From: Candidatus Stercoripulliclostridium merdipullorum
GTDB lineage: Bacteria > Bacillota > Clostridia > Christensenellales > DTU072
Reading direction: 5' to 3'
Assembly: GCA_018713745.1 (NCBI GenBank)
Contig: DVOH01000016.1
Span: 15,604-79,603 of the forward strand
DNA length: 64,000 bases
A program made the position numbers and the translations under genes. Of this stretch, positions 52,090 through 60,719 are shown piece after piece; position 1 is the stretch's first letter, and each line of letters begins with the position of its first letter. The notes under the pieces were generated by a model, which was given only the letters and a program-made list of their open reading frames with translations, was not told where the DNA came from and made no database searches.

Positions 52090-54201
52090 ATGAGCAAAAA
52101 AACCTTTTTCAAACTGATCGCTTGCGTAATGCTGATCGCGGTGGCAGCCGTATCGCTGACGGCTTGCACGTTTATTAAAGAAAACGATTACCGCGTCGCC
52201 AACCAGACCTTGGTTGAGATCAACGGTGCGGGCGGTTATAAGCTGACGCTGACGCAGAACGAAGTCAACGATTACTTCAATACCTATGCGTACTATCTCG
52301 TCAACAGTTACGGATACACCATCCGCGAAGCCTTGGATTGGGTGATCGAAAACAAAGTCAAGTCCAAATACCTCATTACCGAGGGGATGGAATATCTTCA
52401 GAACGTTACGGCGCGCAAGGCGCTGATTTCGACCAATGTCAAAAACCCCGTCGACGTTTTAACGCCTGCCGAACGGTATGCCGCGATTCAAAGCGTCAAC
52501 GACAGCATCGAAGCTTCGATCAAGACGATGATGGACGAGTCGTATCAAGACGAATTGGAGTCGATTGCCGACAAGACCGATGCCAAAAACGTGAAAGAAG
52601 TCGTTTTTGCCGACGAAACGCTCAAGTATCTCAAAGCCGAATATCTTGTCAACGAGAAGTTTGATACCGACCGGGTCAAGATTCAGTTTGTCTACGATGA
52701 CGGAAAGGTAAGCGAAGCGTTTATCGTACCGACGACGTGGTATAAGACGGCGTTTGCCGACACCGAAGCGGGAACGGACAAGAAGATCGAAATCAAATTC
52801 GAAGAACCTGTTACCGAAGACGGCGAAGTGACGTACGAAGAGCATATTCTGACGCACGAATATGACGTTGTCGAAGGGCGCGCCACCAAAAACGAACCCG
52901 AAGAAGAAGTCGATCCCGACGAAATCGAGATCAACGACGTCAAAGTCAACCGTTACGATTCGGTTTCGACCCTGAAGGAAAAAGGTGCGACGGCGGAAGT
53001 CATCAACCTCGAACAAAAATACAAAACGTTGCAGAGCACCGAAGGTGCCGATCCCGCCGAAGTCGACGCATACCGTCGCCTGATCGAAAATATGAAGTCG
53101 GGCAACAAGACGATGGATTATCTGTATCAGACGGCATACGAAAACTATGTGCTGACCGCGCTGCAGGCAGAAGTTCAGAAGACCGCACCTGCCGTGACCG
53201 AAGCCGAAGTGTTTGCCGAGTTCGATTATCTTTATAAGAGTGCAAAAGCGGGCTATACGGGTGACGCGGACAAGGACACCGAAACGTTCTTGAGTTCGAT
53301 CAAGTCCGGTCTTGCTTCGATGTACTACTATCCCGCCATCGAAGACCTCAGCAAAACGTTCTACGTTTATCAGATTCTGTTCAAATTCAGCCCCGAGCAG
53401 GAAGCCTGGCTGAAAGAGCAGATCGGGGAAGGCGAAGACGTCAACGGGCTTTACGAGTTGATGAAAGGTCAGATCACGACCAAAGAATCCAATCCCGACT
53501 ATGATCCCGAGTTCGAGTGCCCCCTGCACGGTGACGGCGATCAGAATGCCGAGTGCGCTCACGAAGGCGAAGGCGTTTGTCCCGCGCTTCCCTATGTGAC
53601 GGACGGCGAAGGCAACGTGGTCGAACGCAAGTTTGTCGACGTTTACAACGAGCTGCAGACCGCCCTTCAAAACGCCGAACAAGGGGACAAGCTTTCGATC
53701 TTCGAAGATTATATGTATCGCTTCAATGACGACCCCGGCGTGATGAACAGCGAACTCGGCTACTTTATCGTTCCCGAAACGATGGAAGACCCCAACGGTT
53801 TCTATGACGCATTCAATCAGTTGGCGCGTGATATTTACGCCGATTCCGCAACGGTCGGCAACGCCTTTGTGGACGGAAAGCTTGCCTACGCCTTTACGCC
53901 TTACGGCGTCCACCTGATCATGATTTCGGCGATGCCGTTCGGAGCGGAAGCCGAAAATACCGAGTTGACGTTTGCCGACGACGCCGCCAAAAAAGCCTTC
54001 CTCGAACGGCCTTACAACCTTGCGGGCGACACGCTGTATCAGACCTTGTTCGACGCGCTGAAAACCGAAAAGCAGACCAACGCTTATACCGATTTCAGCA
54101 ATTCGAAGATCAAAGCGGATCTTATGGACGACGGCGCGATCGTTGTCAAAAACGAAAAGAAAATCAAAAAACTTTACGAATTGTACGGCGCCGAAGAATA
54201 A
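52090..54201 (+). CDS. Lipoprotein with C-terminal parvulin (PpiC/PrsA)-like domain
   Basis: 703-aa ORF. Signal peptide with lipobox (AVSLTAC). Long acidic helical region. The C-terminal part has parvulin-like landmarks (VYQILFKF..., FNDDPG...ELGYF, TPYGVHLIMI). By-eye call. Confidence 0.55.
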   Translation: MSKKTFFKLIACVMLIAVAAVSLTACTFIKENDYRVANQTLVEINGAGGYKLTLTQNEVNDYFNTYAYYLVNSYGYTIREALDWVIENKVKSKYLITEGMEYLQNVTARKALISTNVKNPVDVLTPAERYAAIQSVNDSIEASIKTMMDESYQDELESIADKTDAKNVKEVVFADETLKYLKAEYLVNEKFDTDRVKIQFVYDDGKVSEAFIVPTTWYKTAFADTEAGTDKKIEIKFEEPVTEDGEVTYEEHILTHEYDVVEGRATKNEPEEEVDPDEIEINDVKVNRYDSVSTLKEKGATAEVINLEQKYKTLQSTEGADPAEVDAYRRLIENMKSGNKTMDYLYQTAYENYVLTALQAEVQKTAPAVTEAEVFAEFDYLYKSAKAGYTGDADKDTETFLSSIKSGLASMYYYPAIEDLSKTFYVYQILFKFSPEQEAWLKEQIGEGEDVNGLYELMKGQITTKESNPDYDPEFECPLHGDGDQNAECAHEGEGVCPALPYVTDGEGNVVERKFVDVYNELQTALQNAEQGDKLSIFEDYMYRFNDDPGVMNSELGYFIVPETMEDPNGFYDAFNQLARDIYADSATVGNAFVDGKLAYAFTPYGVHLIMISAMPFGAEAENTELTFADDAAKKAFLERPYNLAGDTLYQTLFDALKTEKQTNAYTDFSNSKIKADLMDDGAIVVKNEKKIKKLYELYGAEE

Positions 54202-54237
54202 TCGGCAGACGCATTCGGACAAAATCGAGGTATCTCG

Positions 54238-54263
54238 AAAGCGCACCGCTCGGTGCGCTTTTT
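54238..54263 (+). terminator. Intrinsic terminator after the lipoprotein gene
   Basis: AGCGCACC (54240-54247), loop GCTC, GGTGCGCT (54252-54259), T-run to 54263. Confidence 0.7.
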
Positions 54264-54266
54264 CGT

Positions 54267-54295
54267 GTATAAAACGCCAACTGCGGGCAATAATG
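54267..54295 (+). promoter_or_regulatory. Possible forespore sigma-F-type promoter for spoIIR
   Basis: GTATA 54267-54271, 14-nt spacer, GGCAATAATG 54286-54295. Recalled consensus is roughly GYATA - 14/15 nt - GGnnAnAnTR. Confidence 0.3.
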
Positions 54296-54300
54296 GGAGT

Positions 54301-54825
54301 ATGAAAAAATTATTGGTCGTCATCGTGCTTGCCGCCGTTGCGGTGGCAATCGTTGCAGGGGTGCAGGCAAACGAAAAGCAAGAGCAGGAAGTTTTGCGCA
54401 TTCATATCCGTGCCAATTCGGACAGCGAACAGGATCAGCGAATCAAACTGGAAGTCCGCGACGCGGTCGTAGCCTATCTGACCCCGGTGCTTGCCGAGTG
54501 CAAAGGGCTTTCGGAAGCCAAAAGCGCGGTCGCCGCGCGTCAAAGCGAAATCGAACGGCGGGCGGAACATGTATTGGAGGCTGCCGGCTACCGATACGGA
54601 TGCACGGTAAAGCTGACGCGAGAAGAGTTTCCCGCGCGTACATACGACGGGCTGACGCTGGAGGAGGGGATTTACGACGCGCTGATTGTCGAACTCGGCG
54701 ATGCCGAGGGCGCCAACTGGTGGTGCGTCGCCTTTCCGCCTCTGTGCTTTCTGCCCGCCGAAAGCGAGGAGTACCGATCTTTGATTGTCGAGTGGATTGA
54801 AAAAATCAAAGAGCGGCGCGCCTGA
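54301..54825 (+). CDS. spoIIR: Stage II sporulation protein R
   Basis: ATG at 54301. Signal/anchor helix, then VLRIHIRANSDSEQDQRIKLEVRDAV... and ...GANWWCVAFPPLCF, which are hallmark SpoIIR motifs. Confidence 0.85.
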   Translation: MKKLLVVIVLAAVAVAIVAGVQANEKQEQEVLRIHIRANSDSEQDQRIKLEVRDAVVAYLTPVLAECKGLSEAKSAVAARQSEIERRAEHVLEAAGYRYGCTVKLTREEFPARTYDGLTLEEGIYDALIVELGDAEGANWWCVAFPPLCFLPAESEEYRSLIVEWIEKIKERRA

Positions 54826-54835
54826 AGGAGTGTTT

Positions 54836-55519
54836 ATGGTCAAAAAAATCGTTACGCCGTTGTTGGTCGTTGCCGTTTTGCTGACGGCATTGATCTTTTA
54901 TACCGACGTGTTTACGCCTGCCGAGGACGCCGAAGCCGCCGTTTATAAGCAGGGCAGCACCGGGGCAACGGTACGCACCATTCAGCAGAAGCTGAAAAAC
55001 TGGGGGTATTATTTCGGCGAGGTCGACGGTATTTTCGGCTCCAAAACGACGGAAGCCGTCAAATATTTTCAACGCCGCAACGGGCTGACCGTCGACGGAA
55101 TCGTCGGCAAAAATACCGCCGCGGCAATGGGGATTTCGCTGTCCTCTTCGGGGGACGCTTCCTCTGCGTCGGGGGACGTATATCTGCTTGCCCGTCTTGT
55201 TTACGGCGAGGCGCGCGGAGAGCCTTACGTCGGGCAGGTAGCGGTTGCTGCGGTTGTCCTCAACCGTGTCCGCAGTCCCTCCTTTCCCAATACGATTGCG
55301 GGCGTGATTTATCAGCCCTGGGCGTTTACCGTCGTCAACGACGGGCAGATCAATCTGACGCCCGACGCGACCGCGATCAAAGCGGCGCAGGACGCGCTGA
55401 ACGGGTGGGATCCGACATACGGATGTCTGTTCTACTATAATCCCGCGACGGCGACCAACGCCTGGATTCGTCAAAAAGAAATCAGGCTGAGCATCGGCGA
55501 GCATGTGTTCTGCGTGTAG
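54836..55519 (+). CDS. sleB: Spore cortex-lytic enzyme SleB (PG-binding domain + cell wall hydrolase domain)
   Basis: ATG at 54836 after GAAGGAG. PG_binding_1-like segment (TVRTIQQKLKNWGYYFGEVDGIFGSKT). Hydrolase domain (LLARLVYGEARGEPY.GQVAVAAVVLNRV...YQPWAF). Confidence 0.85.
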   Translation: MVKKIVTPLLVVAVLLTALIFYTDVFTPAEDAEAAVYKQGSTGATVRTIQQKLKNWGYYFGEVDGIFGSKTTEAVKYFQRRNGLTVDGIVGKNTAAAMGISLSSSGDASSASGDVYLLARLVYGEARGEPYVGQVAVAAVVLNRVRSPSFPNTIAGVIYQPWAFTVVNDGQINLTPDATAIKAAQDALNGWDPTYGCLFYYNPATATNAWIRQKEIRLSIGEHVFCV

Positions 55520-55528
55520 GAGGGAAGG

Positions 55529-56842
55529 ATGAAACAAGGATACAGACTGGGCATTACGCTGATCGTGTTGGTGCTGGTAGCCGGGCTTGCGGCGGCACTG
55601 GGGATCACCGTGGAAATGCAAAAAAATTATCAGCGCGAATTGGATAACCTCTACAAAAAATCGTATTACGACGTCATCGATTCGATCGGCGACGTCAACG
55701 ATAAGCTGGACAAGCTGGAAATCGCCGAGGGTTCCGCGACGCAAAAAGAATTGTTGTACGACGTCTGGAAAAACAGCGAGCTTGCCGCAAGCAATCTTGC
55801 CCAGCTTTCGGCAAAAGAAACCGATATGACAACGGTCATCCGCTTTGTCAACCAAACGGGGGATTATTGCCGCTACCTGGCGCAAAAGAGCGGTACTCTG
55901 ACGAGTTCGGAGCGGGAAACGCTCGGCAAACTTCAAAAGGTGATCGAGGCGTTCCGTCAGGCGCTGGAGTCGACCAACGAACAGGTGATGGCGGGCGAAA
56001 GCCTGATCGGAAAAATGCAGGAAGGGATCCGGTTGATCGGGGACAGCTATGCGGTATTCGGCAGTGATTCCAGCGTCGATTATCCCGAGATGATTTATGA
56101 CGGACCGTTCAGCGACGGGCTGGACAGCCGCGAAACGCGGTTTTTGAACGGCAAATCCGAGATCGACGCCGAACAAGCGGCGGCGAAGCTGAAAGCGATG
56201 TTTCCCGATGCGGTCGTGACGTACCGCACCGAAAATCAGGGGAGTATCGGAACGTATCTGTTTGATATCACACGCGGAGGCCAAACGGGAAGCGCGCAGA
56301 TCAGCAAGAAAGGGGGGTACCTCGTGCAGTACGATATGTTCCGCGACGTTACCGATCCCGCCCTCGATCAGGCATCTTGCATCGAAAAGGGCAAGGCATT
56401 CCTGGAGACGATCGGATATACCGGGATGGAAGCCGTTTGGGTATCCAATTTCAACTCTACGATGTTCTTGAATTTCGCATTTGAGCAGGACGGCATCACG
56501 ATGTATCCCGATCTGATCAAAGTGAAAGTCGCTTCCGACAACGGCGATATCGTGGGGCTTGAAAGTTCGATGTATCTCTACAACCATGTCGAGCGCGATA
56601 CCGATCGCAAGGTGATTACCGTCGATGCGGCGCGGGCAAAAGTCAGCTCCAAACTGACCGTCAAAACTTCGCGGCTCTGCTATATTCCGACCGAATGGAA
56701 CACCGAGGTGCTGTGCTATGAGTTTAGCGGAACGTATCGGGAGGGGACGTATTACGTTTATATCGACGCCGAGCGAGGGGAAGAAATCAAGGTGATGCGC
56801 GTCATCGAAGGAGACGGGCTGAGCGGAACGCTGATCGTTTGA
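55529..56842 (+). CDS. ypeB: Germination protein YpeB
   Basis: 437-aa ORF directly after sleB. N-terminal TM helix, YpeB-like N-region (NLYKKSYYDVIDSIGDVNDKLDKL...) and C-terminal PepSY-like repeats. Confidence 0.8.
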   Translation: MKQGYRLGITLIVLVLVAGLAAALGITVEMQKNYQRELDNLYKKSYYDVIDSIGDVNDKLDKLEIAEGSATQKELLYDVWKNSELAASNLAQLSAKETDMTTVIRFVNQTGDYCRYLAQKSGTLTSSERETLGKLQKVIEAFRQALESTNEQVMAGESLIGKMQEGIRLIGDSYAVFGSDSSVDYPEMIYDGPFSDGLDSRETRFLNGKSEIDAEQAAAKLKAMFPDAVVTYRTENQGSIGTYLFDITRGGQTGSAQISKKGGYLVQYDMFRDVTDPALDQASCIEKGKAFLETIGYTGMEAVWVSNFNSTMFLNFAFEQDGITMYPDLIKVKVASDNGDIVGLESSMYLYNHVERDTDRKVITVDAARAKVSSKLTVKTSRLCYIPTEWNTEVLCYEFSGTYREGTYYVYIDAERGEEIKVMRVIEGDGLSGTLIV

Positions 56843-56856
56843 CGGCGGCGATTCTC

Positions 56857-56886
56857 AAAAAAAGAGGGCGGCCTTTCGGTCGCCCT
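56857..56886 (-). terminator. Intrinsic terminator between the convergent ypeB and lipoprotein genes
   Basis: AGGGCG (56865-56870) / CGCCCT (56881-56886) stem. The T-run follows on the minus strand (A-run 56857-56863 on plus), so it is best oriented for the minus-strand gene and is possibly bidirectional. Confidence 0.55.
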
Positions 56887-56907
56887 TGTCGTAGTTATCG
56901 GAAGAAA

Positions 56908-57762
56908 TCAGCGGATTTTGACGGTGACAAGCTCGTAGGTCAGATTGTTTTCGACAATCTTGACGGGGATATGATAGCTTGCCGTCTTTCCGCCCACGCC
57001 GGGAAGCGCGAAGTCGGACTTCGTATACCACACGCCGATCGAAGTGCCGACGGGGGATTCGGATTTGGAAAGACTGAGAACGGTGACGGGCTTTGCCGCC
57101 TCGACCTCTTTGTCTTCGAGATCGATATATTTGACGGTATAGGAGCTTTGCTCGGTCCCGACGACGGATACGGCGATTTTTTCGACGACGCCGTTCAGCG
57201 GATTGGGAATGTTGTAAGTTGCGGAATAAGCGGAGTCGATTTCGCTATAGCAACGCAATACCATATAAAGCAATTCGTTGTCGAGGAAGCCGCTTTTGAT
57301 TTTGACCGATTGCCATTCGGCAGAACCTGATTGATAGTGATAATTTTTGCCGTCGTAATAAGCGCGGGTTTCGTAATTGACGTCGCCGTTTGCGACTTTT
57401 TTGTAAGAGGCAAGCGCGGTGAAACCGTTGAGCAGGCTTTCGCTTTCCATCAGAACGGTGCCGTCCGGGGCGACTGCCGAAGTCTTGACGCGCAGACCGC
57501 CTCCCTGGCTTTGCGTACTGCTGACGGTGAAGTCGCGATCGATTGCGCCGATGCGGTAAGTCCCGGCGGAAAGGCGTTCGGTGGTGACGGTCATCGTTGC
57601 GATTTGGGCATTGTCGCGGTCGGCGTCTTTGACGGTGTAGGTAAACACTTCGGAGTTTGCCCACGCCGTTCCGGGGGTCGGTGCGGAGTTGCCGCATCCG
57701 GCAAGAAGGGTTGCCGTCAGTGCGACCAGCACGATCAGGACGACGGGAATCGATTTTTTCAT
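56908..57762 (-). CDS. Hypothetical lipoprotein
   Basis: 284-aa ORF. Signal peptide with lipobox LLAGC. The rest is beta-rich with no motif I recognise. Confidence 0.6.
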   Translation of the reverse strand: MKKSIPVVLIVLVALTATLLAGCGNSAPTPGTAWANSEVFTYTVKDADRDNAQIATMTVTTERLSAGTYRIGAIDRDFTVSSTQSQGGGLRVKTSAVAPDGTVLMESESLLNGFTALASYKKVANGDVNYETRAYYDGKNYHYQSGSAEWQSVKIKSGFLDNELLYMVLRCYSEIDSAYSATYNIPNPLNGVVEKIAVSVVGTEQSSYTVKYIDLEDKEVEAAKPVTVLSLSKSESPVGTSIGVWYTKSDFALPGVGGKTASYHIPVKIVENNLTYELVTVKIR

Positions 57763-57795
57763 AGTTTCACCTTAAAATACGGGTTTGATTGTTTC

Positions 57796-57824
57796 AGTAT
57801 AGCGTATTTTTGCCGAAAAGGCAA
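57796..57824 (-). promoter_or_regulatory. Sigma-A type promoter for the lipoprotein gene
   Basis: Minus strand TTGCCT (57824-57819), 17 nt, TATACT (57801-57796). Confidence 0.4.
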
Positions 57825-57840
57825 GTGTTTGGACCGCTAC

Positions 57841-57865
57841 AAAAAACGCCGCCCGAAGGCGGCGT
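57841..57865 (-). terminator. Intrinsic terminator after the MFS gene
   Basis: Minus strand ACGCCGCC-TTCG-GGCGGCGT followed by TTTTTT (plus-strand A-run 57841-57846). Confidence 0.75.
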
Positions 57866-57883
57866 CTTGTGTGTCGGACGGAA

Positions 57884-59509
57884 TCAATCGTCGCCCGCGC
57901 CGATCAGTTCGAGTTTGGATTTGGGCGGCGCCATTTTGCTGTCGCCGTGGCGGACAAACACCATCAGCACGATGGCAAGAATGACGCAGATCGTGGAATA
58001 GAGGAAGAGGTATTTGCTGCCGAGCGCGTCCATCACCAACCCCGCGATAAAGGGCGTAATCGCCTGCGCCGACATGGTGGCGGTATAATAAAGACCGGTG
58101 TACTTGCCGACATTGCCTTCGCTCGAAAGTTCGACGACCATCGGGAAGGTGTTGACGTTTGCCGTAATCAGACCGAATCCCGCAATCAGATAGAACACGG
58201 TGAACAGATAAATAACGGCGGCGGAGTAGTTGGACGCGAAGAAGAAGATCAGCGCAAACGCAACGACGGCAAGGGCAAAACCCAGCATAATCGACTTGCG
58301 TCTGCCGATTTTGACGGCGAGGTAGCCGACCGGGATAAACGCGATGGCGGAGATTCCCATCGAAACGCCCGAGATCACGCCGCCGAGTCCTGCCGAAAGG
58401 TTGAGGGTTTTGGTGATATAAATCGACAGATTGGACGATACGGCGTTGTAGCCCATAAACCACATAAAGATCGAAGCGAGGATAAGGATGAACGAGGTCA
58501 TGCGGGCTTTCTTTTCGGCGGGGGAAAGCTCGATATGATCGGATTTTTCGGGGATGGCGTCCTCGTTTTCGTCAATTCCGTATTCGGCGCAGAGATCATG
58601 GCACTCTCTGACGAGTTTTTTCTCGTTGACCAGGAGAAGATAGGCGACGAGCAAGAGGAGCATCGAGGCGGCAACCGCGGCAAAAATCGCAATATAGCCC
58701 GTCGAATCGAGGAGGAGCGTTACGGTGTAAATGATAAAAGCAACCGCACCGCCCGCGCCGCCGGCAAGATTGATCATGGCGTTTGCCTGCGAACGGAGAG
58801 GCTTGGGCGTTACGTCGGGCATCAGCGCGACGGCAGGGGAACGGAAGGTCGCCATTGCGACCAGGACGAAGAACAGAATGACCATATAGACGATCAGCGA
58901 CGTCGGATTGGCTTTGGTCAGTTTTTCGTTGATCTCGTTGCTGGCGAACGAGTTGATGCCGGCTTCGACAAACTTGCTGTAGTCTTCGCTTTGGGGATCG
59001 GCGGCGATGCGGAGATAGTCTTCGAGCGAATCGACGCCGTTGATGGCAAGATAGTTGTGGTCGCAGTAGTCGGAATTACGCGACTCGTAAAGCATCGTAT
59101 ACAGGGCTTCGGCAGAGCCGTAGACCGTCCCTTTGTGGTCGGTGTAAGTGTAATTTTCGGCAGAAGTGGTGACGATTTGGGCACGGAGATCTTTGGCGGC
59201 ATTGAGTTGCTTTTGCGCCGATACCGGGACAAAAACCATCAGGATAACGGTTGCGACGGTGCCGAGTACGATAAACGGGGTGCGTCTGCCGTACTTCGAA
59301 TTGCAGCGGTCGCTGAGTTTGCCGAACCACGGGAGCATAAACAGGGACAGCAAGTTATCCAGTCCCATAATCAGTCCGCGCATGGTATTGCTGAGACCGA
59401 AGGCGTTTTCGAGCAGGAGGGGAACGACATAGTCGTATGCCGTCCAGAACACCATGACGATGGCAAACGCCGTGCCGACCTTAAGAGTTTTGGGGTAATT
59501 GAGTTTCAT
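57884..59509 (-). CDS. MFS transporter (GPH/SLC45-like) with a large central soluble loop
   Basis: 541-aa polytopic ORF. The N-terminal half carries GKLSDRCNSKYGRRTPF (the MFS loop 2-3 motif, as in glycoside-cation symporters). About 120 aa of hydrophilic insert lie mid-protein. Confidence 0.7.
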   Translation of the reverse strand: MKLNYPKTLKVGTAFAIVMVFWTAYDYVVPLLLENAFGLSNTMRGLIMGLDNLLSLFMLPWFGKLSDRCNSKYGRRTPFIVLGTVATVILMVFVPVSAQKQLNAAKDLRAQIVTTSAENYTYTDHKGTVYGSAEALYTMLYESRNSDYCDHNYLAINGVDSLEDYLRIAADPQSEDYSKFVEAGINSFASNEINEKLTKANPTSLIVYMVILFFVLVAMATFRSPAVALMPDVTPKPLRSQANAMINLAGGAGGAVAFIIYTVTLLLDSTGYIAIFAAVAASMLLLLVAYLLLVNEKKLVRECHDLCAEYGIDENEDAIPEKSDHIELSPAEKKARMTSFILILASIFMWFMGYNAVSSNLSIYITKTLNLSAGLGGVISGVSMGISAIAFIPVGYLAVKIGRRKSIMLGFALAVVAFALIFFFASNYSAAVIYLFTVFYLIAGFGLITANVNTFPMVVELSSEGNVGKYTGLYYTATMSAQAITPFIAGLVMDALGSKYLFLYSTICVILAIVLMVFVRHGDSKMAPPKSKLELIGAGDD

Positions 59510-59563
59510 AGCAGGCTCCTTTTAGAATCGGGAAAGGTAGAGTGTTATTTCGCCCAAAGGGGA

Positions 59564-60598
59564 TTACCATTTATTGTGGACTTTTTCGGCAAAACCGAGA
59601 CGATCGTGAAACTTCAGCACCGTTCCGTCGTCGAGGACGGCGGTTCCGTCGAAATAGCCGAAAACCTGATGCGGGATCATCGCCATTACCTTGAGATCGA
59701 AGGGCTCGTAGCGGTCGATCAAAGGTCGGAAGGTCATTTCGAGCCTGCCGTCGCTCGAAGTAAACCGCCAAGGATCGGTGAAGCGGGGTGCGCCGTCGCG
59801 TTCGCCGGGAATCTCGAAGACGACGTCCTCGATTTTGTGGGACTTGCCGTCGTAAAAAATCATATTTTCGGTTGCGGCGGCGGTATTGCCGAAGCCGTAG
59901 CCGATATTGAAACCGAACCGAACGCCGTCCAGTCGCGTCTGAAGGCTGCCCCAGTACCAAGTGTTGTCATAGGTCCAGACCCCTCTGCCCCAATCGAGGG
60001 TTGCCATGGCGGAAGCGGGATCGAAGGCGTAGCTTGCGTCGCCCACCGAAAAGACGCCCTCGGCGCGCATGCAGTTGATTTTTTGGTTGTAATAAAAATA
60101 GCCTTTGCGGTCAAAGGGGGTGGCGATGACCATTGACTGCGGGGGAACGTCGGTCAGCGTAACGTCGAACGTAAGCGTTTCGCCGCTGTTGCCGAACTTG
60201 GGATAAACCCCCGAAAGGCGTCGGGTTGCGCCGTCGTTCAAAAAGGTGAAAGCGACTTTGCCGTTGCGGTAAGAAACGTCGCCGCGCTCCGAAGTCGCGG
60301 GCATGCCGAGCTTGCCCATCGGGAAGAGAAAGACCGAACTTTTGGTGATCTGGTCGGGGCGCTCGAAGTCCATTACGGTCGCGCTCAGCGCACCGACGTA
60401 ACCCATATCGGCAATCGTCAGGCACAGGGCGCGGCGGTCGTCGCCGACATAATAGTAGTCCCATTCCTTAATCCGGGCGCGGGGCGCACGGATTGCGGCG
60501 CGGTCGTATTGCCACAGTAAGGACTTTGCATATCCCGGGAAAGCAATGTTTCCGTCCTTGTCCAGCAAGGGCATACGGGTGGTGATTTCGGTTTGCAT
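59564..60598 (-). CDS. DUF2804 family protein
   Basis: 344-aa ORF with IKEWDYYYV, YYNQKINCM and DWGRGVW landmarks that I associate with DUF2804. No terminator before the MFS gene. Confidence 0.65.
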   Translation of the reverse strand: MQTEITTRMPLLDKDGNIAFPGYAKSLLWQYDRAAIRAPRARIKEWDYYYVGDDRRALCLTIADMGYVGALSATVMDFERPDQITKSSVFLFPMGKLGMPATSERGDVSYRNGKVAFTFLNDGATRRLSGVYPKFGNSGETLTFDVTLTDVPPQSMVIATPFDRKGYFYYNQKINCMRAEGVFSVGDASYAFDPASAMATLDWGRGVWTYDNTWYWGSLQTRLDGVRFGFNIGYGFGNTAAATENMIFYDGKSHKIEDVVFEIPGERDGAPRFTDPWRFTSSDGRLEMTFRPLIDRYEPFDLKVMAMIPHQVFGYFDGTAVLDDGTVLKFHDRLGFAEKVHNKW

Positions 60599-60628
60599 GC
60601 GCTCTCTCCTTAAAATATCGCTATATTA

Positions 60629-60657
60629 AGTATACGCGCGCAAGACGCGCTTGTCAA
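60629..60657 (-). promoter_or_regulatory. Sigma-A type promoter for the DUF2804-MFS pair
   Basis: Minus strand TTGACA (60657-60652), 17 nt, TATACT (60634-60629). The spacer contains the GC-rich inverted repeat GCGCG-TCTTG-CGCGC. Confidence 0.5.
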
Positions 60658-60672
60658 TACGGGTTTTGTCCG

Positions 60673-60699
60673 AAAAAAAGGGGATCCTTGCGGATCCCC
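60673..60699 (-). terminator. Intrinsic terminator after trpB2
   Basis: Minus strand GGGGATCC-GCAA-GGATCCCC followed by TTTTTTT (plus-strand A-run 60673-60679). Confidence 0.8.
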
Positions 60700-60719
60700 C
60701 GTGTCGGAATCGGCGGAAA

